Virus record (IMG/VR): IMGVR_UViG_3300035696_000034
Location: 8,487 to 72,486 of that record
Source of the DNA: a virus
Taxonomy: Duplodnaviria; Caudoviricetes
DNA: 64,000 nucleotides
Reading direction: 5' to 3' (one strand)
The notes beneath the pieces were generated by a model that worked only from the letters and a program-made list of their open reading frames with translations, searched no databases and was not told the origin of the DNA. This document shows positions 24,731-33,629 of this stretch, in pieces. The position numbers and the translations under genes were made by a program. Within the stretch, counting starts at the first letter, position 1. Each line of letters opens with the position of its first letter.

Positions 24731-24988
24731 ATGCCTCAATTATCCGGAGACCTAAAGTCATATAGTGGAATAACTTTGATGGAACGAACAAAAAGTATGC
24801 TTGAAAAAGCCACAAAGCTAGGATTTACAATTCTCCCTTCCGTTTACAGAGATAAAACAACCAGTGAAAAGATCTATAATGTCTTCAAATGCTACAACGG
24901 TAAAGAAGAAGCCTATGCTCTTATAGTCAAAGACTGGATAAAAGGATTCCCGCGAATCGATTCTAAAGGGAATATCAAAGCAAAGTGA
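24731..24988 (+). CDS. hypothetical protein
   Basis: AGGAG RBS. Confidence 0.6.
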   Translation: MPQLSGDLKSYSGITLMERTKSMLEKATKLGFTILPSVYRDKTTSEKIYNVFKCYNGKEEAYALIVKDWIKGFPRIDSKGNIKAK

Positions 24989-25010
24989 TTTTATACGGGA
25001 AAGGTTTCTC

Positions 25011-25550
25011 ATGTACGTAATGGTTGATATCGAAGCGGATGGTCCGATCCCAGGGGATTATTCGATGATCTCGTTCGGGGCGGTTTTGATCGACAGATCA
25101 CCTTTAGCTATATCGACTAACAAGGAAAAATTCGATACTACCTTTTTTGGGAAGCTCCATCCCATATCTGATCAATTCGTTCCGGAAGCTCTGGCAGTTT
25201 CTGGTTATACCAGAGAAGAGACTATGACATTCCCCGATCCCCTCAAGGTTGTGCAGAATTTTGATCTATGGCTGCACGAGCATAATCGGGAGCAGCCAAA
25301 GTTTATTTCCGATAATAACGGATTCGACTGGATGTTTATGTGTTGGTATTTTTGGCATTTTCTCCATAAGAATCCATTCGGTCACAGTTCTACAAATTTA
25401 GGGTCATTTTATAAGGGCATCGAGAGGAGTTTTAAAAGAAATTTTAAACATCTTCGGAAGACCAGGCACTCGCATAATCCTATGGAAGATTCAATCGGTA
25501 ATGCAGAGGCATTTTGCACGATTATTCAGAACAATCATGTCGAGTATTAA
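25011..25550 (+). CDS. DEDDh 3'-5' exoribonuclease (Rv2179c-like)
   Basis: VDIEADGP, DNNGFDW, HNPMED. Confidence 0.8.
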   Translation: MYVMVDIEADGPIPGDYSMISFGAVLIDRSPLAISTNKEKFDTTFFGKLHPISDQFVPEALAVSGYTREETMTFPDPLKVVQNFDLWLHEHNREQPKFISDNNGFDWMFMCWYFWHFLHKNPFGHSSTNLGSFYKGIERSFKRNFKHLRKTRHSHNPMEDSIGNAEAFCTIIQNNHVEY

Positions 25551-25622
25551 GGGGCTGTAGATTAGTGGGAAATCGGGACACCGGCAGTGTTCAGAGCGTC
25601 AGTTCGACCCTGACCAGCTCCA
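25551..25622 (+). tRNA. tRNA-Ala (GGC), C33
   Basis: G3.U70, loop CCGGCAG, A73. Confidence 0.85.
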
Positions 25623-25637
25623 CTTTTAAGGATCATT

Positions 25638-25853
25638 GTGAATAAAGAAGAGTTCTACGAATACATGGACGATCAGAATAACTATGAGAGGGTCGTCCTG
25701 GGAATCGACATAGCAGTTATGCATGTTGGATTTGAAGCTGTCTACGATGCGAGCATACAGTGCGGCAGAGCTAAAGATGTTGAGGCTATGCAGTATATCA
25801 TAAATAACCATATAAACACAAACATGCTTGCAAAAATATCGGGGCTGCATTGA
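25638..25853 (+). CDS. hypothetical protein
   Basis: 71 aa, GTG start. Confidence 0.5.
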   Translation: MNKEEFYEYMDDQNNYERVVLGIDIAVMHVGFEAVYDASIQCGRAKDVEAMQYIINNHINTNMLAKISGLH

Positions 25854-26035
25854 AATACCCAAAGAACTTTATCAACTATTGGGACGAAGGTCAGAAAATC
25901 AGGCATCTGAACTGGAATCTAAAAAGAAACAGCACGCAGATTGTTAAAAGGCTGGGCATTGTTAGATGGTATAAAAAAGGATTCTGGAAGAGATATTTCA
26001 GGAAAAAGATGACGAGAGAGGCACTATGGGAATGA
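25850..26035 (+). CDS. hypothetical basic protein
   Basis: 61 aa, coupled. Confidence 0.45.
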   Translation: MKYPKNFINYWDEGQKIRHLNWNLKRNSTQIVKRLGIVRWYKKGFWKRYFRKKMTREALWE

Positions 26036-26292
26036 TAAAAGTCGGTGATTACTTTAAGACCAAAACTGGAGCTTTAGGTGTCGTTGTAATCCTCATAGGA
26101 GGAGGCACTCCTCGGGAACTCTACGGGGACATGGCTCCAGGAGCCGAGAGCGGCTATGAGTATTTCACACTGTACGTTGACAAAAATCTAAGATACGGAA
26201 GATCGAAGGTACAGCTGATGCCCCTCAATAGATATGCTATCGGGGATGTCACAAAGATCAGCAAACGAGAATACAATCAATTGTTGAGGTGA
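26026..26292 (+). CDS. hypothetical protein
   Basis: 88 aa. Confidence 0.55.
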   Translation: MGMIKVGDYFKTKTGALGVVVILIGGGTPRELYGDMAPGAESGYEYFTLYVDKNLRYGRSKVQLMPLNRYAIGDVTKISKREYNQLLR

Positions 26293-26558
26293 ATATGCTC
26301 CTTCCATCATCAACAACTGTAATGCGGATACCGTCTTACTTTCTTAGGGTAAAAAAGACTGGTATGATTAGTATAGCTTATGAATGTCATCCAGATGGCA
26401 TCCACCTTCACTTAGAGAGAGATTTACACGCATACACCTTGGAAGATCTGGAACCTGCAACTGAAGAAGAATATCAAGATCAAATAAGACGCATTAAAAA
26501 TACTCACACTGAAAAAGAATACAACGAACTTTTAGAAAATTTTAAAAAAAGACTGTAA
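26289..26558 (+). CDS. hypothetical protein, paralog of 28003..28257
   Basis: shared MLLP..VM.IPSY.L.VKKTG..DGIHL.LERDL..LEP.TEE.Y.DQI. Confidence 0.7.
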   Translation: MNMLLPSSTTVMRIPSYFLRVKKTGMISIAYECHPDGIHLHLERDLHAYTLEDLEPATEEEYQDQIRRIKNTHTEKEYNELLENFKKRL

Positions 26559-26574
26559 CTCAGCCGGAATAGAA

Positions 26575-26757
26575 ATGAACCTCTACAAATTTGGTGTTTT
26601 ATTGTTTTGGATTGGTGTAGTATTAGGCATCGCGGTGATTATCGGGAGCATATGGTGGCCACAATATACAATAACAACTTTAGGTGGAATTGTCGTATGC
26701 ATAGCAACATCCTCAATGGTTTCTGGAGTTTTTGTACTAATAATGTTAGAGGGATGA
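26575..26757 (+). CDS. small two-TM membrane protein
   Basis: two hydrophobic stretches. Confidence 0.55.
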   Translation: MNLYKFGVLLFWIGVVLGIAVIIGSIWWPQYTITTLGGIVVCIATSSMVSGVFVLIMLEG

Positions 26758-26761
26758 TTAA

Positions 26762-26953
26762 ATGGCACTAACAGCAGGACTCGCAAAAGTGATGGGTTGG
26801 AAGCTAGATCACCCCAACGGTCTTGATGACACGCCTTGGGTGATGCCTGTAGAATACAGAAAAGTCCCGACATTAGCAGATGTTATTAAACATGGCTTTG
26901 AGTTCTCAAGAAAAATTGAGCGGGATCTTAAAAAATTGAAGAGAAAGAAATAG
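26762..26953 (+). CDS. hypothetical protein
   Basis: 63 aa. Confidence 0.5.
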   Translation: MALTAGLAKVMGWKLDHPNGLDDTPWVMPVEYRKVPTLADVIKHGFEFSRKIERDLKKLKRKK

Positions 26954-26956
26954 TTT

Positions 26957-26978
26957 GGGGCTGTAGCACAGTTGGGAA
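26957..26978 (+). pseudogene. 5' fragment of a tRNA-Ala
   Basis: GGGGCTGTAGCACAGTTGGGA then breaks off. Confidence 0.6.
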
Positions 26979-27011
26979 TGTGTTTATAGGTATATATAAA
27001 GGAGTTTTTGT

Positions 27012-27605
27012 ATGAGCATGATTTCAATTGATTCAGAGTGGATTTGTGGAAACTCAATTCCAAGTGAATCATTCGTTTGTGGTTTTTGTAATGTAAGAAT
27101 TTCTTCGGCAAAAGGATTCAAATTGTTTTCAAAACAAATACGCGGTCATTCAAGATCTAAAACAAGAGGCGGTATATACATCTGCGATAATTGCAACGGC
27201 CCAACTTTTATTTCAGAAGCCGGGCATCAATATCCATTACCTGCTTTTGGGAGTTCTGTTAAAAATGTACCCCAAAACATAAACACACTTTATGAAGAAG
27301 CAAGAAACGGCACCAAAGCAAAAAATTATACGAGCTCAGTTTTATTGTGTCGAAAAATATTAATGCACATTGCAGTAGAGAAGGGTGCTGAACCAGGTTT
27401 ACCCTTTATTGGGTATGTGAATTTTCTAGAAGAAAATCATTACGTTCCGCCTGATAGTAGAAGTTGGGTTGATCGTATCAGAGTAAGAAGTAATGAGGCT
27501 AACCATGAAATTGAAATTATGACTCAAACAGACGCAGAGAATCTAATTACTTTTATTGAAATCATACTAAGGTTTCTGTATGAAACACCTAGTTTGATTA
27601 GATGA
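27012..27605 (+). CDS. DUF4145 domain protein
   Basis: CGFC..CDNC Zn ribbon; LYEEAR..SSVLLCRKILMHIAVEKGA..DRIRVRSNEANH. Confidence 0.8.
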   Translation: MSMISIDSEWICGNSIPSESFVCGFCNVRISSAKGFKLFSKQIRGHSRSKTRGGIYICDNCNGPTFISEAGHQYPLPAFGSSVKNVPQNINTLYEEARNGTKAKNYTSSVLLCRKILMHIAVEKGAEPGLPFIGYVNFLEENHYVPPDSRSWVDRIRVRSNEANHEIEIMTQTDAENLITFIEIILRFLYETPSLIR

Positions 27606-27611
27606 AAATTT

Positions 27612-27682
27612 GGGGCTATCGTCCAGTGGGAAGACTCTTGCCTTGCACGCAAGAAACGGCAGTTCGAATCTGCCTAGCTCCA
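27612..27682 (+). tRNA. tRNA-Ala (UGC)
   Basis: G3.U70, loop CTTGCAC, A73. Confidence 0.9.
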
Positions 27683-27709
27683 TTTAAATATTTATCAGAA
27701 AGGAACCTT

Positions 27710-27985
27710 ATGGGATCTAAATTTACCGTACCTCTTGAAAGAATTCCCTGGCCGGAAGAAATCAGCCGATGGGTTATTGCAATGATGCTTAAGAACAAAA
27801 CGGAAAAAGTAGAAATGACCTATAGGGAAGTTGATGAAGCTTCTAAAAATTATGAGTTAGTTGTAGCGGACAAACTTCTTCCAGATTCAGGTCTAAATGA
27901 AAAAACGGATCTTGGCAAAGCCGAAGTAATATTTTCATTAAGAAAAGTGGAAAAAGAATTAAGAAAACCTTTTTGGGAAGTTTAG
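27710..27985 (+). CDS. hypothetical protein
   Basis: AAGGA RBS, ATG 27710. Confidence 0.6.
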   Translation: MGSKFTVPLERIPWPEEISRWVIAMMLKNKTEKVEMTYREVDEASKNYELVVADKLLPDSGLNEKTDLGKAEVIFSLRKVEKELRKPFWEV

Positions 27986-28002
27986 CTTAAAAGGAGAGAA
28001 CC

Positions 28003-28257
28003 ATGCTTCTTCCAGGATCATTAATGACTGTAATGCAAATACCATCTTATTATCTTAAGGTAAAAAAGACTGGTAGGATTGGTATAGCTGATGAACCCCA
28101 CCACGACGGTATCCATCTTCGTTTAGAAAGAGATTTATATTGGTATTCGCTGAATGAACTAGAACCTTCAACTGAAGAAACTTATCTAGACCAAATAAAA
28201 CTCATCAAAAGTGCGCGTACAGATGAAGAGTATAAAGAAGTTCTTAAGGGGATATAG
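28003..28257 (+). CDS. hypothetical protein, paralog of 26289..26558
   Basis: AGGAG RBS; shared motif. Confidence 0.7.
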   Translation: MLLPGSLMTVMQIPSYYLKVKKTGRIGIADEPHHDGIHLRLERDLYWYSLNELEPSTEETYLDQIKLIKSARTDEEYKEVLKGI

Positions 28258-28306
28258 CTCAGCTGGGAGAGCACTACGTTCGCATCGTTCCCGATCATCT
28301 CCACCA
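28248..28306 (+). pseudogene. tRNA-Ala (CGC) with internal deletion
   Basis: intact acceptor, D arm, TTCGCAT loop and ACCA end; 3' anticodon stem, variable loop and most of the T arm missing. Confidence 0.7.
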
Positions 28307-28325
28307 AAATCGCAAAGGAATATTT

Positions 28326-28937
28326 ATGAAATCAAATTTTCCCACAGTTCCTGATTTAATTGCAAACGCAAAAGCTATTAAGAAGTTTAAAAGAGTGATA
28401 CACGAAAAATTAAATGTAGGTGAGATGCCGATATATGATATAAAAGCAGGTGACAAAGCTTTAAGTTACGATCCTTATAATCAAGGTTGGTATTTTGCCC
28501 CAACACTTAATGCTGAAATTGGTGACGATAATAACAGAGACGAGCGTTATACTAATACAGACCGAAGATGCTACACGTGTGGGTCTTTTGCAATTGATGA
28601 TCTTCAGGCATTTGAAGATTGTTGTAAAAATCTTGAGGATTGCAGTGGTAGAGAATTATTAATGATTACGTGGGGCGACAGATATGACGAATTTGCAATG
28701 ATAATTAAAGACATATATGAGAACAACCCGAAATATATCCTTACATCTTTAGAGCAGCGCTACAAAATAGCAGTCAATGCTTTAATCAATATTGTTAAAG
28801 GTGGATGTTTTTATCCCAACAAGAAAGAAGCTAAAACAGCCCTACAAAGACTTATTTATAAAACAGCGGATGAAGATAAGTCTATAACTCTTGGTCCTGA
28901 TTTTAAAAAAGAACTCATGAAAATATTAGCAGAATAA
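28326..28937 (+). CDS. hypothetical protein
   Basis: 203 aa. Confidence 0.65.
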   Translation: MKSNFPTVPDLIANAKAIKKFKRVIHEKLNVGEMPIYDIKAGDKALSYDPYNQGWYFAPTLNAEIGDDNNRDERYTNTDRRCYTCGSFAIDDLQAFEDCCKNLEDCSGRELLMITWGDRYDEFAMIIKDIYENNPKYILTSLEQRYKIAVNALINIVKGGCFYPNKKEAKTALQRLIYKTADEDKSITLGPDFKKELMKILAE

Positions 28938-29058
28938 AATAGGAATTATATATTTTGCTACCCAGGAGATAAATCTATGAAAAATTTATTATTTTTCATC
29001 AAGCATCCTTTATTCAGTATAAAACAACGAATACTTTTCATATGGTATTGGAAAATAA

Positions 29059-29289
29059 ATGGTAGAAAAACCTATGAAGAACTTAAAAAACATAAATAAA
29101 ATATTCTTACGCATAATCGGCTGGTGTCCATACTGCCGTACGATTTTTCATTATCCCAAAAAAAGGCGTATGAATACCCAATATGCCAAAGAAGAATCCA
29201 ATTGGGTTACTTGTTGCAAACCTCAATTTGATGAAATCCAAGAATACTGGAAAGAACGTTGGGCTGATTACTGGTCAGGTTGTCTATAG
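29059..29289 (+). CDS. hypothetical Zn-finger protein
   Basis: WCPYC..TCC. Confidence 0.55.
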   Translation: MVEKPMKNLKNINKIFLRIIGWCPYCRTIFHYPKKRRMNTQYAKEESNWVTCCKPQFDEIQEYWKERWADYWSGCL

Positions 29290-29301
29290 AAGGACAGTCT
29301 T

Positions 29302-29616
29302 ATGAAATCTTTAATCATGCGAGAACATGATGCTATGAAAAATAAAATGGGTCTTCGCTATTATAAAGATCCAGAAGGGGGCTATTCGAATTCCCCTATA
29401 ACGCCGCACTCAGAGGTAAGCCTGGGCTATGATTGGACTATCACGGTTGAATCTTTGGGCGTGAAACACAAATATAAACTTACCAGTAAATCTGGTATGA
29501 TATCTACCGCTGAAATAATTGCAGTCCTTTGTAAAAATACTGATTTAAAAATATTATTTACAGCGGAAGATAAGGCAAAATTCGAGCGTGCTTGGAAAAG
29601 AAAGTTTGGAAAATAA
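29302..29616 (+). CDS. hypothetical protein
   Basis: 104 aa, RBS. Confidence 0.6.
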   Translation: MKSLIMREHDAMKNKMGLRYYKDPEGGYSNSPITPHSEVSLGYDWTITVESLGVKHKYKLTSKSGMISTAEIIAVLCKNTDLKILFTAEDKAKFERAWKRKFGK

Positions 29617-29622
29617 TTTTTA

Positions 29623-29732
29623 GCTCGGGTGGCGAAATTGGTATACGCTGGGGTCTTAACGGGTAGAAGATTTTATTTCTATCCTTTAAACCCTTGGGGA
29701 AACCCATGAGGATTCGAGTTCCTCCCTGAGCA
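29623..29732 (+). tRNA. tRNA-Leu (UAA) with 28-nt hairpin insertion in the anticodon loop
   Basis: Leu-type D and variable arms; GGGGT/ACCCT stem; CTTAA-[29660-29687]-AA. Confidence 0.75.
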
Positions 29733-29761
29733 CTTTAAAATTTTTTATTTAAAGGTATAAA

Positions 29762-30079
29762 ATGTTAAGCCAAAAATTTAAAGACCAGCTTGCTGCTGTT
29801 GCTAAAAAATATAGAAAAAAGCGTATAGATTGTTGTGCAGCATGCTCCCTTGTTAAAGATAAGCAACATTGTAAATACTGTATCATGGAAAAAATCGATA
29901 TGTTTTGCGGTCGTCCAGTTGTCAAAGTATACGAACCCGCTCATTCTGTCTGGATGGTTCGTGAAACTCCTATTACTTATGAAGATGTGCTTAGGCTCTA
30001 TTCTGCACTAGAACTTTCAAAAGACATTTCTGATATAATTTATGATGATGATTGGGACAACGGCTATAAAAGCTGTTAA
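29762..30079 (+). CDS. hypothetical protein
   Basis: 105 aa. Confidence 0.55.
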   Translation: MLSQKFKDQLAAVAKKYRKKRIDCCAACSLVKDKQHCKYCIMEKIDMFCGRPVVKVYEPAHSVWMVRETPITYEDVLRLYSALELSKDISDIIYDDDWDNGYKSC

Positions 30080-30105
30080 ACATTCTACAGGTAAAAACAT
30101 TAAAT

Positions 30106-30339
30106 ATGTCATATGAACTTGGTCATTGCAATAAATGTGGTTGGAAGGGTGACATAGACAAAGCCGACCAAAGGACTGAGGATGAGCTTTTATATCTCTA
30201 CTGTCCAAAAGGTTGCGACGAAGAAGTAGCCCCTCGGAGACCTGTGAATGCTTCCAAGGATTATTTCGTGAACATGTTTCAGAATCTATTTAAAGAGAAA
30301 AAAGACGGATATGAATTTGATCCTGATGGGAAAAAATAA
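30106..30339 (+). CDS. hypothetical Zn-ribbon protein
   Basis: CNKCG..CPKGC. Confidence 0.55.
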   Translation: MSYELGHCNKCGWKGDIDKADQRTEDELLYLYCPKGCDEEVAPRRPVNASKDYFVNMFQNLFKEKKDGYEFDPDGKK

Positions 30340-30342
30340 TAC

Positions 30343-30436
30343 GGCGAGATGCCAGAGCCTGGTTTATCGGGCTAGTCTTGAAAACTAGTGTGGAGTTAAA
30401 AGGCCACCGCAGGTTCAAATCCTGCTCTCGCCGCCA
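30343..30436 (+). tRNA. tRNA-Ser (UGA)
   Basis: loop CTTGAAA, long variable arm, G73-CCA. Confidence 0.9.
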
Positions 30437-30444
30437 ATATGAAG

Positions 30445-30532
30445 GGAAGAGTGTCCGAGTGGTTTAAGGAGCACGCCTCGAAAGCGTGTGTGCAGAAATG
30501 TACCCTGGGTTCAAATCCCAGCTCTTCCGCCA
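30445..30532 (+). tRNA. tRNA-Ser (CGA)
   Basis: loop CTCGAAA, long variable arm, G73-CCA. Confidence 0.9.
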
Positions 30533-30549
30533 TCAAAGAAAAGTCCTTT

Positions 30550-30699
30550 ATGCCGAACGAATTAAAACGGTGTCCTTGTTGTGGTGGTGAAGCCCAGCGT
30601 TCATCCGATGGAGGATGTAGAAATTTTACTATTTTTTGTACCTCATGTGGATTAGACATCGTCGATTATGGCTCCCGTGAATATGGAAAAGAGTATTGA
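30550..30699 (+). CDS. Lar-family restriction alleviation-like protein, possibly truncated
   Basis: LKRCPCCGGEA..IFCTSCG. Confidence 0.55.
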   Translation: MPNELKRCPCCGGEAQRSSDGGCRNFTIFCTSCGLDIVDYGSREYGKEY

Positions 30700-30744
30700 T
30701 TATATTTGAGCTGAAGAGTTTATTATCATAGATTTGTAAAAATT

Positions 30745-31860
30745 ATGAAACTCATCCGTTCTTCCAAATGTAGCTTAAAATTCGCTACAACCTCCAAACT
30801 CTCTAAGCTTCGTAAGGTGCTTTCTGAATGTGGCCGAGTCTGTAACATCTTTATTGATTACTTTTGGAAAAGTGGCACTCCCTCTAAATCTGAACTCTTA
30901 AAAGAAATAGTAGACATCCCACAAGGCACTTGGCTGACCGCTCGGCTTCGTAAAATAGCCGCCCGGGAAGCTATAGACATGATTAATGCTGTGAGAGAGA
31001 GGTGGAAGGATAAACCTTGGAAGATCTCTATGCCCATACATAAGGGCAAGAGAGCTTACGTCTCCTGTACCATAGCGGATCTTCAGGAAAAAGGTGGTTC
31101 TAAGGAATTTGATGCCTGGCTTCATTTGTCCTCTGTCGGGAAAGAGACAATCCTGGACCTTCCTATTAAATTTCATAAACATTATAATAAATTAGCTCTT
31201 CAAGGAAAACGCTTGAATTCCTACATCCTTACAAATAAATATGTCCAGTTTTCATTTGAAATAGATGTAGGTGAGAAGAAAAATGGCGCTAACGCTATAG
31301 GCATAGATACTGGGATCAAAGCCCTTGCCTCTTTAAATAACGGCGCTCAATTCGGTTTAGATATTGAAACCCTTATCGAGCGTATCAAACGCTGTCAGCA
31401 TGGCTCTAATGGTCAGAAACAAGCCCGGAAAGCCTTTAAACAGAGGATAGATGAAGCCGTCAAAGAGGTAGTTAAACATTTTGAGCATATAGATTTGGTC
31501 GTGGTAGAAGCATTAAAAAACATGAATTACAAGAGTAAACTCAAACGTCGCTTGAGTAAAAATATGCGGCGTTCTATCGGCACTTGGGCGTATAGGTACT
31601 GGTTAAAAAGGCTGGAGCAAGCCTGTGAGACTAACCGTGTTAGTTTTCGCACCGTGGCTCCTTTTTATACCAGCCAAACATGTCCGAGCTGTGGTCATGT
31701 CGATAGGGGGAATAGAGTAGGACAAATGTTCCGGTGCCTAGTATGTGGTCACACAGGTAACGCAGATATTATTGCAGCCAGGAACATATTGACTCGATTT
31801 CTTACGGGACTCTACGGTGCCCGTTACAAACCATACGAAACTATATTTAATATTTCATAG
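30745..31860 (+). mobile_element. tnpB: TnpB/Cas12f-like RNA-guided endonuclease (IS200/IS605 family), no tnpA nearby
   Basis: RuvC motifs IGIDTG, VVEAL, TSQTCPSCG..CLVCG..NADIIAARNI; 3' hairpins at ~31804-31864. Confidence 0.88.
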
Positions 31861-31948
31861 TTTCAGAGGAACGGTGCTCCTTCTAATGATTGACTAACCA
31901 AAACCGAATAATTAACTAATAAGTTTCTCCTAAAAAAGAGGAGAAACC

Positions 31949-32230
31949 ATGTATAAACAGCAGGTCACAATACTGAACAAAAATGGGTTGCACGCTCGTC
32001 CAGCGGCTGAGATAGTACAGGAAGCCTCAAAATACGAGTCTGAGATAAAAATCATTAACATAAAAGAAAGTATTACAGTCAGTGCAAAAGTAGTTATGGA
32101 GCTGTTGTTACTCGGGGCTTTTTGTGGGACGGAGCTTCTTATAGAGGCGACAGGCAAAGATGAAGAGGAAGCCGTCAAAAACATAGCCAACAGAATAGCG
32201 GGATTCTCATCAATGGATGAAGGAGATTAA
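31949..32230 (+). CDS. ptsH: phosphocarrier protein HPr
   Basis: NGLHARPAA, SAK..M.LL.LG, A.GKDEEEAV. Confidence 0.9.
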   Translation: MYKQQVTILNKNGLHARPAAEIVQEASKYESEIKIINIKESITVSAKVVMELLLLGAFCGTELLIEATGKDEEEAVKNIANRIAGFSSMDEGD

Positions 32231-32231
32231 T

Positions 32232-32444
32232 ATGAACAAACAATCTTTAGAAGAAAAGGTAAACAATATCCTTCGTAATCATACAATCAGCGTCCTTAAT
32301 AACAATGTTGTTAATGTCCCTAAAAAAGGACCGGTGTCGGAAAGTTTTATCAATGAGATTAAAAAAAGCAGAGAGAACATCTTAGAAGAAGAAAAACGTA
32401 CTTCCAAGAAAATACTAGCACTTCTAAAGACAAGGCAATCATGA
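32232..32444 (+). CDS. hypothetical protein
   Basis: AGGAG RBS. Confidence 0.55.
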   Translation: MNKQSLEEKVNNILRNHTISVLNNNVVNVPKKGPVSESFINEIKKSRENILEEEKRTSKKILALLKTRQS

Positions 32445-33298
32445 ACTCTGTTAAAACTAAAAAGAGCTCTTACACGGACAATTCGACCGAAGAGAAGATC
32501 CTGACTCAATATATGGAAGATGTTGGGAGATACAAACCCTTAAGTTCGGTAGAAGAGCACGAATTGGCAAAGCGTATACGCAAAGGGGACAAGAAAGCAG
32601 CGGAGAAATTAATCAGGGCGAATCTTACTTTTGTGATAACGGTAGTCAACAATTACAAAAATCAAGGATTGCCGCTTTTGGATCTTATTAATATCGGTAA
32701 CATGGGACTTATACGAGCAGCCAAAAAATTTGATGAAAGAAAAAACTATAAATTCATATCCTATGCAGTGTGGTGGATACGTCAGGCTGTCTTAGGAGCC
32801 CTAGCGGATCAGTCTAGAGCTCTGAGGATCCCTATGCATTGTGTTTCTCAGATCGTGAGTATGAGAAAAATAAAAGAAAAGATTGAGAGAGAAAAACAAA
32901 GAGAAGCTTATCCAGAAGAGATTGAGGCAGCACTAGCTCTTAAGCGCCCTACAGCCTTGAATAAATTGATATCGATAGATACTCCTCATTTATCTCTCGA
33001 TACCTCCTCTTTTGATAACGGAGCGCCTTTGGTGGAGCTTATGGAAGGTGAGAGCGACTCTCCGGAAGATTTAGTTTTAAAATTGTCAGAAAAGGAAGAT
33101 ATTAAGAGAAAGCTAGGTTGTCTGACAACGATGGAAAAAAAAGTTATCTGTGAATACTACGGTATAGATAAAGAGGACGCCAAGACTCTTGCAGATATTG
33201 GTAAAAAGTTTAGACTCACGAGAGAGCGCGTGCGTCAGATTAGAGAGCAAGCTCTAAAAAAGCTACGAGCCTGTTACAAAAACAGTTGCAGGGAGTAA
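32441..33298 (+). CDS. RpoD/SigA-family sigma-70 factor lacking region 1.1
   Basis: LIRANL.FV, DLI..GN.GLIRAAKKFD, FISYAVWWIRQ, LTRERVRQI. Confidence 0.93.
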   Translation: MNSVKTKKSSYTDNSTEEKILTQYMEDVGRYKPLSSVEEHELAKRIRKGDKKAAEKLIRANLTFVITVVNNYKNQGLPLLDLINIGNMGLIRAAKKFDERKNYKFISYAVWWIRQAVLGALADQSRALRIPMHCVSQIVSMRKIKEKIEREKQREAYPEEIEAALALKRPTALNKLISIDTPHLSLDTSSFDNGAPLVELMEGESDSPEDLVLKLSEKEDIKRKLGCLTTMEKKVICEYYGIDKEDAKTLADIGKKFRLTRERVRQIREQALKKLRACYKNSCRE

Positions 33299-33305
33299 AC
33301 ATAAT

Positions 33306-33524
33306 ATGGAAGACTCTAATGATTTTAGTGTCCCCGGTATGATGAGGGGTGATTTCTCTGAAGAATTCCTAAAAAAGCTCGGTTTTAAAAAAGCAGTCAT
33401 AGACGAAAGCTGTTTATTCGATGGCAAAGACATCCACAGAGTAATGGCGCTTCCTGATGGTCCAGTCGGTTTGAAGTTTTTCGAAAGATACATAAAGAAT
33501 CAAGAAGAGCATCCAGAAATATAA
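33306..33524 (+). CDS. hypothetical protein
   Basis: 72 aa. Confidence 0.55.
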   Translation: MEDSNDFSVPGMMRGDFSEEFLKKLGFKKAVIDESCLFDGKDIHRVMALPDGPVGLKFFERYIKNQEEHPEI

Positions 33525-33607
33525 GCCCAGGTGGTGAAATTGGTATACACGCAGGTTTCAAAAACCTGTGGGAAACCATGAGCGTTCAACTCGCTCCCTG
33601 GGCACCA
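33525..33607 (+). tRNA. tRNA-Leu (CAA)
   Basis: loop TTCAAAA, variable arm, A73-CCA. Confidence 0.9.
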
Positions 33608-33629
33608 CTTTAAACTGAAGAGTAAAAAC

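Noticed and set aside
29660-29687. Archaeal BHB intron or group I intron
   Set aside because: The required 4-bp central helix does not form, and the insert is far too short for a group I core.
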